Positions 19,693 to 30,382 of a stretch of DNA of 64,000 nucleotides are shown in pieces (the first letter of the stretch is position 1; the number at the start of each line of letters is the position of its first letter). The DNA is taken from positions 928,001 to 992,000 of the forward strand of contig CAXWPJ010000002.1 in the NCBI GenBank assembly GCA_963664115.2, read 5' to 3'. The stretch is from Terriglobia bacterium (GTDB lineage Bacteria > Acidobacteriota > Terriglobia > 20CM-2-55-15). Under the pieces are notes generated by a model. That model did no database searches and was not told the DNA's origin. It was given only the letters and a program-made list of their open reading frames with translations. Both the position numbers and the translations under genes were made by a program.

Positions 19693-20310
19693 TCAGTTTC
19701 TGTCGTTATCGGTGTCGGATTTCACGACTTCCAATTCGAAATGGATTTCCTTGCCACGCATCAAGGCGTTGAGGTATTGCTCCCAGAACTTTCGCAAGAA
19801 GCGAAGACCCGGATAGCGCTGGTCCAGGTTGATTAGAAACTCCACGCCCAGAGCCTTCCAGACATTGAGCACTGTGACACGACAGCGACGCAGGCGGAAA
19901 CGCACGTCGGTGTAGAAAGCAAACACCGCGGACTCGTCCGTAAAATTTCGAAACGAATAACTGTTGAGGTGATTGCGGTGTGTGAGGTCGCTTGCGAAAT
20001 CAGGATTGGTCCAGTGCGGGGCCACCAAACGGACCAGGCCCCCGGGACGGGTGATGCGATGGAGTTCGCAAACCACGGCAGTGGGGTTTGCGACATGTTC
20101 GATGACATGACGCCCCACGACTTCATCAAAACGGTTATCCGGAAACGGGTACGGAATGTCGTCGAGATCGTGAATGACGTCCGCAGCCGTTCGCGGATTG
20201 ATGTCCATTCCGATGGCTCCCGGGATCTTATGTTCTCCGCAACCGATGTCAAGCACACAGAGGCCTCGGAGATCCTCTTCTGGAAATCGATTGAGTTGGG
20301 CGGATTCCAT
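19693..20310 (-). CDS. Class I SAM-dependent methyltransferase
   Basis: VLDIGCG, HDLD..PYPF, HVIEH and ELHRITRPGG. Start trimmed to MESAQL. Confidence 0.85.
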   Translation of the reverse strand: MESAQLNRFPEEDLRGLCVLDIGCGEHKIPGAIGMDINPRTAADVIHDLDDIPYPFPDNRFDEVVGRHVIEHVANPTAVVCELHRITRPGGLVRLVAPHWTNPDFASDLTHRNHLNSYSFRNFTDESAVFAFYTDVRFRLRRCRVTVLNVWKALGVEFLINLDQRYPGLRFLRKFWEQYLNALMRGKEIHFELEVVKSDTDNDRN

Positions 20311-20343
20311 GTGCTTGTATGAACTGCGTATGGTAAACCCTCC

Positions 20344-20946
20344 ATGGTAAAGGACGCAATTTACTTCCTCGTGCCGTTGGCAGCAGCCGCTGGAATTGCC
20401 TTCTGGCTCGAATGGATGGTGGCGGCAGGGGTGCTCGTCGGGCTCGCAGCTTTCGTCGCCTTCTTTTTTCGCGATCCCCACCGTCGGATTCCCGCCGGTG
20501 CCGGTATCATTGTGTCTCCTGCCGATGGTAGAGTCGTTAGGATACAAAAAGAGGGCGAGGCCACGCGTGTCAGCATTTTTCTGTCGATTTTTGACGTGCA
20601 CGTGAACCGATCGCCCATCGAAGGGGCAATCACAGAAATTCGATATCGGAAGGGAAAATACAGAGCAGCATTTAACGACCTGGCAAGCGTCGAAAACGAA
20701 CAGAATCGTCTGATAATCCAAGGTGAGGGCATCCGAATCGAGTGTTCTCAGATAGCGGGCCTTGTGGCGCGACGGATCGTGTGTTGGAAAAAGGCTGGAG
20801 ACAGCGTAGGGCGTGGAGAAAAATTTGGACTGATCCGATTCGGTTCCCGCGCGGATCTGCTCCTGCCGGAAGGTGTGGAGCTACAAGTTCAGGTTGGCGA
20901 CCGGGTTAGCGGGGGAAGTTCACAGATCGGTGTTGTAAGGGCATAG
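20344..20946 (+). CDS. psd: Phosphatidylserine decarboxylase proenzyme
   Basis: FFRDP, SPADG, DVHVNRSP and the self-cleavage site FGSR. Confidence 0.95.
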   Translation: MVKDAIYFLVPLAAAAGIAFWLEWMVAAGVLVGLAAFVAFFFRDPHRRIPAGAGIIVSPADGRVVRIQKEGEATRVSIFLSIFDVHVNRSPIEGAITEIRYRKGKYRAAFNDLASVENEQNRLIIQGEGIRIECSQIAGLVARRIVCWKKAGDSVGRGEKFGLIRFGSRADLLLPEGVELQVQVGDRVSGGSSQIGVVRA

Positions 20947-20963
20947 AGGAGCTACTAGCCAGG

Positions 20964-21815
20964 ATGAAAGTCACTCCAGGATCTCGCAAGCGTTTTCGTG
21001 ACCGCCCCCGTGTCCGGACCGGCCTGTCGATCATTCCCAGCCTCTTCACGATCGGCAATATGTTCTGCGGGTACTACTCGGTGGCGTCCAGCCTGCAGGG
21101 CAACTATGACTTCGCTGCGATCGCAATCGGTGTCGGCGCCGTCCTCGATATGCTCGACGGACGCATCGCGCGAATGACGAACACCAGCAGCGATTTCGGT
21201 GTGGAGTTGGATTCGCTCGCCGATCTCCTGACATTCGGAGTGGCCCCATCGGTGCTGGCACTGAATTGGGGCATCAGCTCACTCCAAGGACTCCCGGCCG
21301 ATATTGCGCAAGACGTTTACAAGTTCGGGTGGCTGGCGACCTTCGGTTTTCTGATTGCAGGCACCCTGCGTCTGGCTCGATTCAACGTACTGGCGCACAG
21401 AGTGAACGACGTTGCAAAACCGAAACGGGATTTCGTCGGGATGCCGATCCCGGCTGCAGCGGGCGTGGTAGCCGCTATTGTCCATTTCCAGAAATCTCCC
21501 GTGACTCAAATCGGCTCGGCTTTGTTGTGGTGTCTGCTCGTTGCCACACTGGCTTTCCTGATGATCAGCACCATTCGCTACCCCAGCTTCAAAGAAGTCC
21601 ATATGAAGAAACCCCTGCCCCGAAGCGCCTTAGCCGGGACGGCCATGTTGATCGGACTCGTTGTGTTCTACTCCGAGATCGTCCTGCTGATCATCACCAC
21701 GACCTACATGGCGTCGGGACCGGTATCAAGAGTCTCCCAGACGGTCGCGCGTGGACTGGCCCGTTCCCGGGAACACCCCAAACCCCAGGCGGAATCACGC
21801 GGAGATTTTTCGTGA
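20964..21815 (+). CDS. pssA: CDP-diacylglycerol--serine O-phosphatidyltransferase
   Basis: CDP-alcohol motif DMLDGRIAR..FG.ELDSLAD; RLARFN; adjacent to psd. Confidence 0.95.
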   Translation: MKVTPGSRKRFRDRPRVRTGLSIIPSLFTIGNMFCGYYSVASSLQGNYDFAAIAIGVGAVLDMLDGRIARMTNTSSDFGVELDSLADLLTFGVAPSVLALNWGISSLQGLPADIAQDVYKFGWLATFGFLIAGTLRLARFNVLAHRVNDVAKPKRDFVGMPIPAAAGVVAAIVHFQKSPVTQIGSALLWCLLVATLAFLMISTIRYPSFKEVHMKKPLPRSALAGTAMLIGLVVFYSEIVLLIITTTYMASGPVSRVSQTVARGLARSREHPKPQAESRGDFS

Positions 21816-21949
21816 TGTCCCATCCCAATGCGTACGCAGTGAGCCGCGTAGCAGTCGTCATTTCAAATGAGCCCCTTGGAAAAGAGCTGCCGGGCCTGCT
21901 TTCAAAGAAGGCTGCACCTGAATGCAAGTTGACGCTGCTGGAAACGTGA
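21815..21949 (+). CDS. 44-aa ORF, possible Rossmann-fold remnant
   Basis: TGATG overlap with the pssA stop and GTGA overlap with the next gene. MSHPNAYAVSRVAVVISNEPLGKELPGLL... Confidence 0.4.
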   Translation: MSHPNAYAVSRVAVVISNEPLGKELPGLLSKKAAPECKLTLLET

Positions 21950-22818
21950 GTTCGGCCCTCGACTACGTGCGGCATGGAGTCGTTTTTGCGAACCGGAGGC
22001 CACACCTCGTCATCCTCGACATGATCGCCAAGTTGGCCTGGTTTGCTCTCACGGTTGCCATCTTCGGCGTTGCCGGAGCCTGGTACGCTTCCGGAGTTCA
22101 ACTCACGAATAACAATGTTCTCGCACTCCAGAGTGGAGCGCCAACGCTGGTAGCGCTGACCCTCATTCAGTCCGTCATAACAAACGGATCGGCTCTTGTG
22201 GAAACCTTTGCTGTGGCGGCCGTGTTGTGTTTCGGGAGCTGGGTCCTGCTCGAAGCTTTTGTGCGGGGAGGTCTCCTGCCACTGACCGATCGAACTTTTG
22301 TGAGAGACGCCGCCGAACACTTCCTGCGCTACCTCTGGGTGGGCCTGATACGGCGCACGACGCTGGGCCTTGGAACACTCTTAGCAGCTCTGATTGCCCT
22401 GGGACCACTCCTGACGACGCCAATGGCAGAATGGGGGCAGATCTGGCCCGACGTTCGCTGGGCCGCGCTTGCGGGGCTTGGGATTTTAGTTCTGCTGGCA
22501 TTCGGCCTGATGACAGTCGAGACCCTCATGCGCAGTGACGCAATGGAGGTCTTAGGACTGGATCTGTACCGCGTTGTCGGAATCGTTCTCGTCCTCGCGC
22601 TCGTGGAAGCTGGGGTTGTTTTGGGGGTCCTGGCGGCAAGTGCCCTGGTCATGCATTGGCTTGGATCTCCTGGCGGTCTGCTTATCGTCGGGGTCTTGCT
22701 CACCAGCGTTCTTAGCGTAAACCACAGCTATATGCTTCTGGTGCGTTATTCCGCCGTGGGCTTAATGCACCTGGATATCCGGTACGGAGCTGCCGCCGAA
22801 CATGCAAGTGACCTCTGA
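21946..22818 (+). CDS. Hypothetical multi-pass membrane protein
   Basis: About 7 hydrophobic segments; overlaps the guaA start. Start uncertain (21922 or 21946). Confidence 0.65.
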   Translation: MSSALDYVRHGVVFANRRPHLVILDMIAKLAWFALTVAIFGVAGAWYASGVQLTNNNVLALQSGAPTLVALTLIQSVITNGSALVETFAVAAVLCFGSWVLLEAFVRGGLLPLTDRTFVRDAAEHFLRYLWVGLIRRTTLGLGTLLAALIALGPLLTTPMAEWGQIWPDVRWAALAGLGILVLLAFGLMTVETLMRSDAMEVLGLDLYRVVGIVLVLALVEAGVVLGVLAASALVMHWLGSPGGLLIVGVLLTSVLSVNHSYMLLVRYSAVGLMHLDIRYGAAAEHASDL

Positions 22819-24334
22819 GGAAATCCTTGTCCTCGACTTCGGCTCGCAATACACGCAGCTGATTGGCCGACGGATACGTGAGACTCATGTCTATTCGGAA
22901 ATTCTTCCTTTCCACACTCCCCTCGAACAACTCCGCAGACGTCGGCCAAAAGGAATCATTCTTTCCGGCGGACCCAGTTCGGTCTATGAAGACGATGCCC
23001 CGGGGTGCGATCCCGCGCTTTTTGAGTTGGGTATTCCCATCCTCGGCGTCTGTTACGGAATGCAGCTGATCGCCAAGGACCTTGGCGGGCAAGTCGAACC
23101 GGCCCACGAAAGAGAATACGGTCATGGCACTCTCAAAAAGATCGGAACCTCAGCCCTTCTTGACGGCATTCAGAAAGTTTGGATGAGTCACGGTGACAGG
23201 ATTCTCGAGCCTCCCCCGGGGTTTCGGGTCACCGCGCAAACCGACACCACCATGGCCGCGATGGAATGTTCTGAAAGAGAGATATTCGGAGTCCAGTTCC
23301 ATCCCGAAGTGGCTCACACGGAAAACGGCACCGAATTGCTCCGCCGCTTCGTGTTCGATATCTGCCACTGTTCCGGAACCTGGTCGCTGGGTTCATTTCT
23401 TGAAGCAGAGATCGGGCGCGTCCGGGACGAGGTCGGTGACGCTCAGGTGATCTGTGCCATAAGCGGCGGTGTGGACTCTACCGTCGCCGCATCGCTGGTT
23501 GCACGCGCCATCGGCGACAATCTGGTGGGCATCTTCGTGAACACCGGATTTCTTCGAAAGAACGAATTTGGGAAGGTCCTCGAAAACCTTCGAAACAACC
23601 TGCATCTGAACGTGCGCGGTATCGATGCGTCTGAAAGGTTTCTGAATCTGCTCTCAGGTGTGGTCGACCCAGAAAAGAAGCGGAAGCTCATCGGTAACGA
23701 ATTCATTCGAGTCTTTGAAGAAGAGGCGCGCAGCCTGGAATCAGTAGATTTCCTCGTGCAGGGCACTCTATACCCTGATGTGATTGAATCCGTGTCGGTT
23801 CGCGGTCCTTCGGCTACGATCAAATCCCATCACAATGTTGGGGGTTTGCCCGAACACATGGATTTGAAGCTGATTGAGCCTTTGCGGGAGTTATTCAAGG
23901 ACGAGGTACGGGAACTGGGAACAGAACTCGGTCTATCCGATGAGTTGGTTTGGCGGCAGCCCTCTCCCGGACCTGGATTGGCCATCCGCATCATGGGCGA
24001 AGTGACTCCGGAAAACATCCGGATCCTACAGGAGGCCGACGACATTCTCATGACCGAGATCAAAACTGCAGGTCTTTACCGGAAAATATGGCAATCCTTC
24101 GCCGTCCTGCTTCCGATCAAGAGTGTGGGTGTGATGGGGGACCTCCGGACCTACGAATACACGGTTGCGATCCGTGCCGTGTCCAGCACCGACGGCATGA
24201 CAGCCGATTGGGTGCGCCTGCCCTACGATGTGCTTGGAACGATTGCGAACCGGATCGTCAACGAAGTGCGCGGCGTCAACCGGGTAGTCTATGACATCAC
24301 CTCGAAACCCCCCGCAACGATCGAATGGGAATAA
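22802..24334 (+). CDS. guaA: GMP synthase (glutamine-hydrolysing)
   Basis: [34 protein letters not shown] and KPPATIEWE. Confidence 0.98.
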   Translation: MQVTSEEILVLDFGSQYTQLIGRRIRETHVYSEILPFHTPLEQLRRRRPKGIILSGGPSSVYEDDAPGCDPALFELGIPILGVCYGMQLIAKDLGGQVEPAHEREYGHGTLKKIGTSALLDGIQKVWMSHGDRILEPPPGFRVTAQTDTTMAAMECSEREIFGVQFHPEVAHTENGTELLRRFVFDICHCSGTWSLGSFLEAEIGRVRDEVGDAQVICAISGGVDSTVAASLVARAIGDNLVGIFVNTGFLRKNEFGKVLENLRNNLHLNVRGIDASERFLNLLSGVVDPEKKRKLIGNEFIRVFEEEARSLESVDFLVQGTLYPDVIESVSVRGPSATIKSHHNVGGLPEHMDLKLIEPLRELFKDEVRELGTELGLSDELVWRQPSPGPGLAIRIMGEVTPENIRILQEADDILMTEIKTAGLYRKIWQSFAVLLPIKSVGVMGDLRTYEYTVAIRAVSSTDGMTADWVRLPYDVLGTIANRIVNEVRGVNRVVYDITSKPPATIEWE

Positions 24335-24361
24335 AGAGTCATGCCGCAGAGTTTCGGATTC

Positions 24362-24434
24362 AACGCCGAGACGTGGAGGCGCAGAGAACAATGTTTTTTT
24401 ATTTGCGAACTCTGAGTCTCAGCGTCTCTGCGTT
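24362..24434. repeat. Long intergenic inverted repeat between guaA and dnaE
   Basis: AACGCCGAGACGTGGAGGCGCAGAG / CTCTGAGTCTCAGCGTCTCTGCGTT, 20 of 25 positions complementary. Confidence 0.7.
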
Positions 24435-24448
24435 TAGGTTTTTAGTCG

Positions 24449-27400
24449 ATGTCTGAATTTGTCCATCTACATCTGCACTCGGGCTTCAGCCTGCTTGACG
24501 GCGCTTGTGACCACGACCAACTGGTGTCCAAGGCTGCTGAATACGGCATGCCCGCAGTCGCTGTTACCGATCACGGAAACCTGTTCGGAGCCGTGGGCTT
24601 CTACGAAGCCGCTAAGAAAAAGGGCGTCAAACCCATCATTGGCTGCGAAATGTACGTTTCGAAGACCTCACGCCACGATCGCGACCCACGAACAGCACGG
24701 CCCCACCACCTCATTCTTCTTTGCGAAAACGCCCGCGGTTACCAGAATCTGATCAAGCTGGTTTCCTCCGGCTACCTGGAAGGTTTTTACTACAAGCCGC
24801 GGATTGATAAAGAACTTCTAGCCGCTCATAGCGAAGGGCTGATTGGCCTCTCGGGTTGCCTGAATGGAGAGGTATCCGCCAACTTACTCGCGAATCGTTA
24901 CGATGTCGCGGAAGAGGCCGCCAGCGAACTGTACGACATATTTGGTCCGGACCGATTCTTCTTGGAGGTTCAGGACCAGGGTCTGTCCAAACAACGCCAG
25001 ATCATCCCGGATATGCTGCGAATTGCCGACCGCACCGGCATTCCGGCAGTGGCAACGAACGACTGCCACTACATGTGCCAGGATGACGCCAGAGCACACG
25101 ACGTGTTGCTTTGCATTCAGACGGGAAAAACGGTCAACGATCCCAACCGGATGAAGTTCTATACGGACCAGTTCTATTTCAAATCCCACGATGAAATGGC
25201 CCAGGTGTTTGGTGATTATCCGGAGCTGTTGAGCCGGACCGCGGCAATAGCCGATCGCTGCAACCTCGAACTCCAACCGATCGACAACCCGTTTCCTGAT
25301 TTCGACGTGCCGCCGGGATTCACTGTCGACTCCTATTTCGACAAGGTCGTGAGGGATGGCTTTGGAGAGCGATTGGAACATCTGAAGGAACTCGCTGATT
25401 CGGGAGAGCTGAAGCACCCGATCGAGGAATACGAGTGCCGCCTCCAGGATGAGATTTCCATCATCCAGGGCATGCGGTACTCCGGTTATTTCCTCATCGT
25501 TTGGGACCTGATCCGTTACTCACGCGAAAACGAAATACCCGTCGGCCCCGGCCGCGGATCCGCCGCAGGAAGTCTTGTGTCCTACTGCATGCGGATTACC
25601 GACCTCGACCCGCTCCACTATGGACTGCTCTTTGAGCGCTTCCTGAATCCCGAAAGAGTCACGCTGCCGGATATCGACATTGATTTCTGCATGAACCGGC
25701 GATCCGACGTTATCGATTACGTCACGCGCAAGTACGGACGCGAAAATGTGTCGCAGATCATCACCTTTGGCACCATGGCGGCAAGGGGCGTCATCCGGGA
25801 CACGGGCAGGGGCATGCAAATGCCTTATTCGGAGGTGGATCGGCTGGCCAAGATGATCCCTGCGGAACTCAACATCACCCTCGAGCGCGCTCTGGAACAG
25901 AACAAAGACTTCAGAACATTAGTCGAACGCGACGAGCGTGTCAGAGATATCGTCACCGTTGCCAAGAAACTTGAAGGCCTGGCGCGACATGCGTCCATGC
26001 ACGCTGCCGGAGTCGTCATATCGCCTCGACCGCTTACCGAACTCGTCCCGCTTTACAAATCAAGCAAAGACGAGATTATGACCATGTACCCGATGACCGA
26101 CGTCGAGAGCCTCGGGTTATTGAAAATGGATTTTCTCGCGCTGACGACTTTGACGGTTATCGACGACACCCTCAAAATGCTCCGCGCGTCGGAGTCTCTG
26201 GATCTGAAGATAGACGAGATCCCGCTTGACGACGAAAAGACATACGATCTGTTCGCTAACGGTCTGACCAGCGGTGTCTTTCAGTTTGAAAGCTCCGGAA
26301 TGAAAGATATTCTGCGGCGCTTCAAACCCTCCAGCATCGAGCACCTGACAGCCTTGAACGCACTCTACCGCCCGGGACCCATAGGCGGGGGCATGATCGA
26401 TGACTTCATCAAACGGAAACACGGAACCAAGAAGATCGAATTTGAGCTTCCGGAACTTAAGCCGATCCTGGAAGAAACATACGGCGTCATCGTTTATCAG
26501 GAACAGGTCATGCAGATCGCCAATTCGCTCGCCGGATATTCATTGGGAGAGGCTGATCTCCTGCGGCGGGCGATGGGCAAGAAAAAGGCCAGCGAAATGG
26601 CCGCCCATCGACAAAAGTTCGCCGAGGGGGCCCAGGCAAAAGATTTCAAGGATTCCAAGAAAGTAACGAAGATATTTGACCTCATGGAACAGTTCGCTGG
26701 CTATGGCTTCAACAAATCCCACTCGGCCGCGTACGCTCTGCTGGCCTACCGCACGGGCTACCTCAAGGCGCACTATCCTTATTACTTCATGGCGGCGGTC
26801 CTCACCAGTGAGCGGGGCAATACAGACAAAGTCGTCAAGTACATCAACGAATGCCGGCAGATGAACATCGCTATCCTGCCGCCCGACATCAATACCAGCG
26901 ATGTCAATTTCACGCCGACTCCCGATGGCATCCGCTTTGGCCTGGCGGCTATTAAGAACGTCGGTGAAACGGCCATCCGATCCATCGCAGCACGCAAGCC
27001 CTTCGCCTCTGTGCTCGACTTCTCAGAACGCGTCGATCTCAGGACAGTCAACAAGCGCGTCATGGAAAGCCTTATCAAGGCCGGCGCGTTCGATAGCCTC
27101 GGACTGGATCGAGCAACGGTGTACAACAACATCGACCGGACGATTGAGCGGGGACAAAGAACCCAGCACGAGGTCGCAGTGGGTCAGGGCGGCCTCTTTG
27201 CGCTCATCGCTGAACCCGAAACCGATGCATCCATCATGGTGCCGACTGACCCGTGGCCTGAGGCCCTGAAATTGGTCCACGAAAAAGAAACCCTGGGTTT
27301 CTACATTACGGGTCATCCCCTCCGACAGCACCAGGCGGAACTCGCGGCATACGCGAACGCTACGACGGGTAGCCTGTCGAAAAAGACCGCGGGTTCGGAG

Positions 27401-27895
27401 ATCATCATCGGTGGCGTCATCGCCCAGACACGATCGATGCGGACGAAAAAGGGGAACCGCATGGGTGTGATCCTTTTGGAAGACCTTGAAGGTGTCATCG
27501 AGGTCCTCGTATTCCCGGACACCTTTGCCAGGACCCAGTCCATATTGACGAGCGACGCTCCTGTGATCGTTCAAGCAAAACTCGACAGCGACGAGTCCTC
27601 AGTACGGCTTCTGGCCACGGACATATATTCTATCGACCGCGCTCACGAACAATTGAGCACTACGGTAACCATTGCCATCGACGGCACGGCCGCGCCAGGC
27701 GATCTGGCCGCACGACTGCTCCCTATGGTCGAAAAAAAGACCGGACAGGCCGAACTCGTCTTTGAGATCCGTTATAAAAATCGATATACCGTCTTTGTCC
27801 GGCCCAACCCATATCTGAAGGTCCTCCCTGATCGTGAATTCGTCGATTTTGTCGAAGGAATTTGCGGCCCGGATACAGTAAAGTGCAGTAGATGA
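24449..27895 (+). CDS. dnaE: DNA polymerase III alpha subunit
   Basis: PHP domain HLHLHS..SLLDG; GPGRGSAAGS, PDIDIDF and GYGFNKSH. No intein-sized insert. Confidence 0.98.
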   Translation: MSEFVHLHLHSGFSLLDGACDHDQLVSKAAEYGMPAVAVTDHGNLFGAVGFYEAAKKKGVKPIIGCEMYVSKTSRHDRDPRTARPHHLILLCENARGYQNLIKLVSSGYLEGFYYKPRIDKELLAAHSEGLIGLSGCLNGEVSANLLANRYDVAEEAASELYDIFGPDRFFLEVQDQGLSKQRQIIPDMLRIADRTGIPAVATNDCHYMCQDDARAHDVLLCIQTGKTVNDPNRMKFYTDQFYFKSHDEMAQVFGDYPELLSRTAAIADRCNLELQPIDNPFPDFDVPPGFTVDSYFDKVVRDGFGERLEHLKELADSGELKHPIEEYECRLQDEISIIQGMRYSGYFLIVWDLIRYSRENEIPVGPGRGSAAGSLVSYCMRITDLDPLHYGLLFERFLNPERVTLPDIDIDFCMNRRSDVIDYVTRKYGRENVSQIITFGTMAARGVIRDTGRGMQMPYSEVDRLAKMIPAELNITLERALEQNKDFRTLVERDERVRDIVTVAKKLEGLARHASMHAAGVVISPRPLTELVPLYKSSKDEIMTMYPMTDVESLGLLKMDFLALTTLTVIDDTLKMLRASESLDLKIDEIPLDDEKTYDLFANGLTSGVFQFESSGMKDILRRFKPSSIEHLTALNALYRPGPIGGGMIDDFIKRKHGTKKIEFELPELKPILEETYGVIVYQEQVMQIANSLAGYSLGEADLLRRAMGKKKASEMAAHRQKFAEGAQAKDFKDSKKVTKIFDLMEQFAGYGFNKSHSAAYALLAYRTGYLKAHYPYYFMAAVLTSERGNTDKVVKYINECRQMNIAILPPDINTSDVNFTPTPDGIRFGLAAIKNVGETAIRSIAARKPFASVLDFSERVDLRTVNKRVMESLIKAGAFDSLGLDRATVYNNIDRTIERGQRTQHEVAVGQGGLFALIAEPETDASIMVPTDPWPEALKLVHEKETLGFYITGHPLRQHQAELAAYANATTGSLSKKTAGSEIIIGGVIAQTRSMRTKKGNRMGVILLEDLEGVIEVLVFPDTFARTQSILTSDAPVIVQAKLDSDESSVRLLATDIYSIDRAHEQLSTTVTIAIDGTAAPGDLAARLLPMVEKKTGQAELVFEIRYKNRYTVFVRPNPYLKVLPDREFVDFVEGICGPDTVKCSR

Positions 27896-28839
27896 GCCCG
27901 GCACCCGACAAAGACGGTGCGATTCGAGATCTGGAACACGAACTCGACGCCCTTGCCAAACTCCCTGAAGACCGGGGAACAGGCGATCGAATCGAGCAGC
28001 TTGAGTCACAGTTAAACCGGCTGCGGCAGGAACTGCTCGACAGGATGACCGCTTACGACAAGGTTCAGCTCGCTCGCCACCCCAAACGCCCGTACTTCCT
28101 CGATTATGTTCCGCTCCTGTTTGAAGAGTTTGAGGAATGGCACGGCGATCGCAAATTCGGCGACGACCCCGCTATTGTGACTGGCTTTGCGCTATTTCAA
28201 GGACAACCCGTCTGCCTGGTGGGGCAAGAAAAGGGGCGGGGCACCAAGGGGAAGCTATATCGAAACTTCGGAATGCCGAAGCCTGAAGGCTATCGCAAAG
28301 CTTTTCGGGTGATGAAGCTCGCCGAGAAGTTTGGCCGGCCTATTCTCACGTTTATCGACACACCGGGCGCCTACCCCGGGATTGATGCCGAAGAGCGGGG
28401 ACAAGCCGAAGCGATCGCGTTCAACCTTCGGGAGATGTCGGGCCTCCGAGTCCCCATTATCGCCACCGTTACTGGGGAAGGCGGTTCGGGCGGTGCCCTG
28501 GCGATCGGCCTTGGAGACCGCGTCAACATGCTGGAGTTTTCTGTCTATTCGGTCATCGCTCCCGAAAGCTGTTCAGCAATTCTCTGGCGAGATCAACAAC
28601 ACGCAGCGGAGGCTGCTGAAGCGCTCCGACTCACGCCGGAAAATCTGAAGAAGCTGCAGCTGATCGACGCAATCGTTCCAGAGCCGATCGGAGGTGCGCA
28701 GAACGACCCGGAAGCCATGGCCTCGGAAATTTCAAAAATCCTTCGGTCGCAACTCGATGAGCTGGCCCGGTTGGACACAGAACCGCTGTTGGAATCGCGA
28801 TATCAGAAGTTCCGGAAAATGGGCGCGTTCGGAGAGTGA
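27892..28839 (+). CDS. accA: Acetyl-CoA carboxylase carboxyltransferase alpha subunit
   Basis: ARHPKRP, RNFGMP.PEGYRK, DTPGAYPG and GEGGSGGALA. Confidence 0.97.
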   Translation: MSPAPDKDGAIRDLEHELDALAKLPEDRGTGDRIEQLESQLNRLRQELLDRMTAYDKVQLARHPKRPYFLDYVPLLFEEFEEWHGDRKFGDDPAIVTGFALFQGQPVCLVGQEKGRGTKGKLYRNFGMPKPEGYRKAFRVMKLAEKFGRPILTFIDTPGAYPGIDAEERGQAEAIAFNLREMSGLRVPIIATVTGEGGSGGALAIGLGDRVNMLEFSVYSVIAPESCSAILWRDQQHAAEAAEALRLTPENLKKLQLIDAIVPEPIGGAQNDPEAMASEISKILRSQLDELARLDTEPLLESRYQKFRKMGAFGE

Positions 28840-28887
28840 ATCGAGCTAAGAGGGTGCGGCCGGGTTCAACAGGAAAAACAATGAGGA

Positions 28888-29007
28888 CTAGTGGTGGCTG
28901 GTTTCCTCACCGCGTTTCACAGCAGCGATTCCCGCGATGACAACCAGAATAACGACGGGCAACAGAACCAGAGCTCCGGTGCCGAGAGCAGCGAAAATGT
29001 CAGACAT
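28888..29007 (-). CDS. Small single-TM protein (39 aa)
   Basis: AAGGAG RBS then MSDIFAALGTGALVLLPVVILVVIAGIAAVKRGEETSHH*. Absent from the ORF track. Confidence 0.65.
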   Translation of the reverse strand: MSDIFAALGTGALVLLPVVILVVIAGIAAVKRGEETSHH

Positions 29008-29422
29008 CAAAACTTCTCCTTTTCGTTGAGCAGCTTTCGACTCTCACGGCGTCATCGACCCGATGTATCACCTGGAGTCCATCCCAGCGATCATCCCAGA
29101 AAAACACGGGAGCCACAATAGGGAAGTCAGTTACTGGATTGGCCTCAATCTCTCCTTAGCCGTCTGGAGCTGCTTGGCGCCTTGCGGGATTCCCGTGTGT
29201 TGAAACAATCGTTATGGACATCGACGTTAGCAGATCCCCTCAGGTGTGGCGGCGCATCCCATGGCTTCGGTAGTGCGGAGCCGGAGAGTGAACTTCAAAC
29301 CGAGTCACCCGTCGATTTATCGCCCCAGGCCAGCCGGAACTTGTAGTCGGATCGAATTGTGTGTCCGGCCTCGAACTACCGAATGCTAGAATAGAGAGAC
29401 ATCATTTCTTCGAGGAGAGGAC

Positions 29423-30382
29423 ATGCTCATCAAACGACCCGCGGACATAAAGTCGTCGGAAATAACGGACGAAAAACTATATCGAAACCGTCGCCAGTTT
29501 CTGAAGACCGCCAGCTGGGCCACCCTGGCGTCGGCGGGCGCGGCAGTCATGGGATCGGGATGCACCGCCCCGGGCACGGTCGCTGCGGCGCCTCAACTTG
29601 GAGAGTTTGACACCGACGAAGAAATAACGCCGGAAGATGCGGTCACCGGATACAACAATTTCTACGAATTCGGCACCGCCAAGGAAGATCCGGCACGGAA
29701 CGCCCATACGCTTCGGCCAAGACCCTGGACTGTTGAAGTCGACGGCCTGGTCGCGAACCCCGCCACCTATGACCTCGACGATCTCATCGGTGGCTTCGCG
29801 CTGGAGGATAGAATCTATCGGATGCGCTGCGTCGAGGGATGGTCCATGGTCATTCCATGGTACGGCTTTCCGCTTGCGGATCTGATCAACAAACTCGATC
29901 CCTTACCTAGCGCTCGTTACATCCGCATGGAGACTCTCGTCGATACCGAACAGATGCCTGGGCAGAGGCGTGGACTCTTCGGCTATGTTCTGGACTGGCC
30001 GTACGTTGAGGGCCTGCGCATGGACGAGGCTATGAACCCGCTGACGTTGATGGCCGTTGGCGTCTATGGCAAGGAAGGACCGAACCAGAACGGAGCGCCG
30101 ATTCGCCTCGTCGTCCCCTGGAAGTACGGTTTCAAGGGGGTCAAGTCTATCGTCAAAATTAGTTTTGTCGAAGACCAGCCGTTCAATACGTGGCAACAAC
30201 AGGCGTCTAATGAGTATGGATTCTACGCCAACGTTAATCCGAACGTCGATCATCCGAGGTGGAGTCAGGGCCGGGAGCGTCGGATCGGCGAAGTGCTCCG
30301 CAGAGAGACGCTGATGTTTAACGGCTATACCGAACACGTGGCGCAAATGTACACCGACCTGGACCTTCGCAGAAATTATTGA
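29423..30382 (+). CDS. msrP: Protein-methionine-sulfoxide reductase catalytic subunit
   Basis: SEIT...RRQFL Tat motif; [15 protein letters not shown] and PWKYGFK. Confidence 0.96.
   Translation: MLIKRPADIKSSEITDEKLYRNRRQFLKTASWATLASAGAAVMGSGCTAPGTVAAAPQLGEFDTDEEITPEDAVTGYNNFYEFGTAKEDPARNAHTLRPRPWTVEVDGLVANPATYDLDDLIGGFALEDRIYRMRCVEGWSMVIPWYGFPLADLINKLDPLPSARYIRMETLVDTEQMPGQRRGLFGYVLDWPYVEGLRMDEAMNPLTLMAVGVYGKEGPNQNGAPIRLVVPWKYGFKGVKSIVKISFVEDQPFNTWQQQASNEYGFYANVNPNVDHPRWSQGRERRIGEVLRRETLMFNGYTEHVAQMYTDLDLRRNY

Noticed and set aside
20311-20721. N-terminal extension of the methyltransferase ORF
   Set aside because: Overlaps psd on the opposite strand; the real start is probably 20310.
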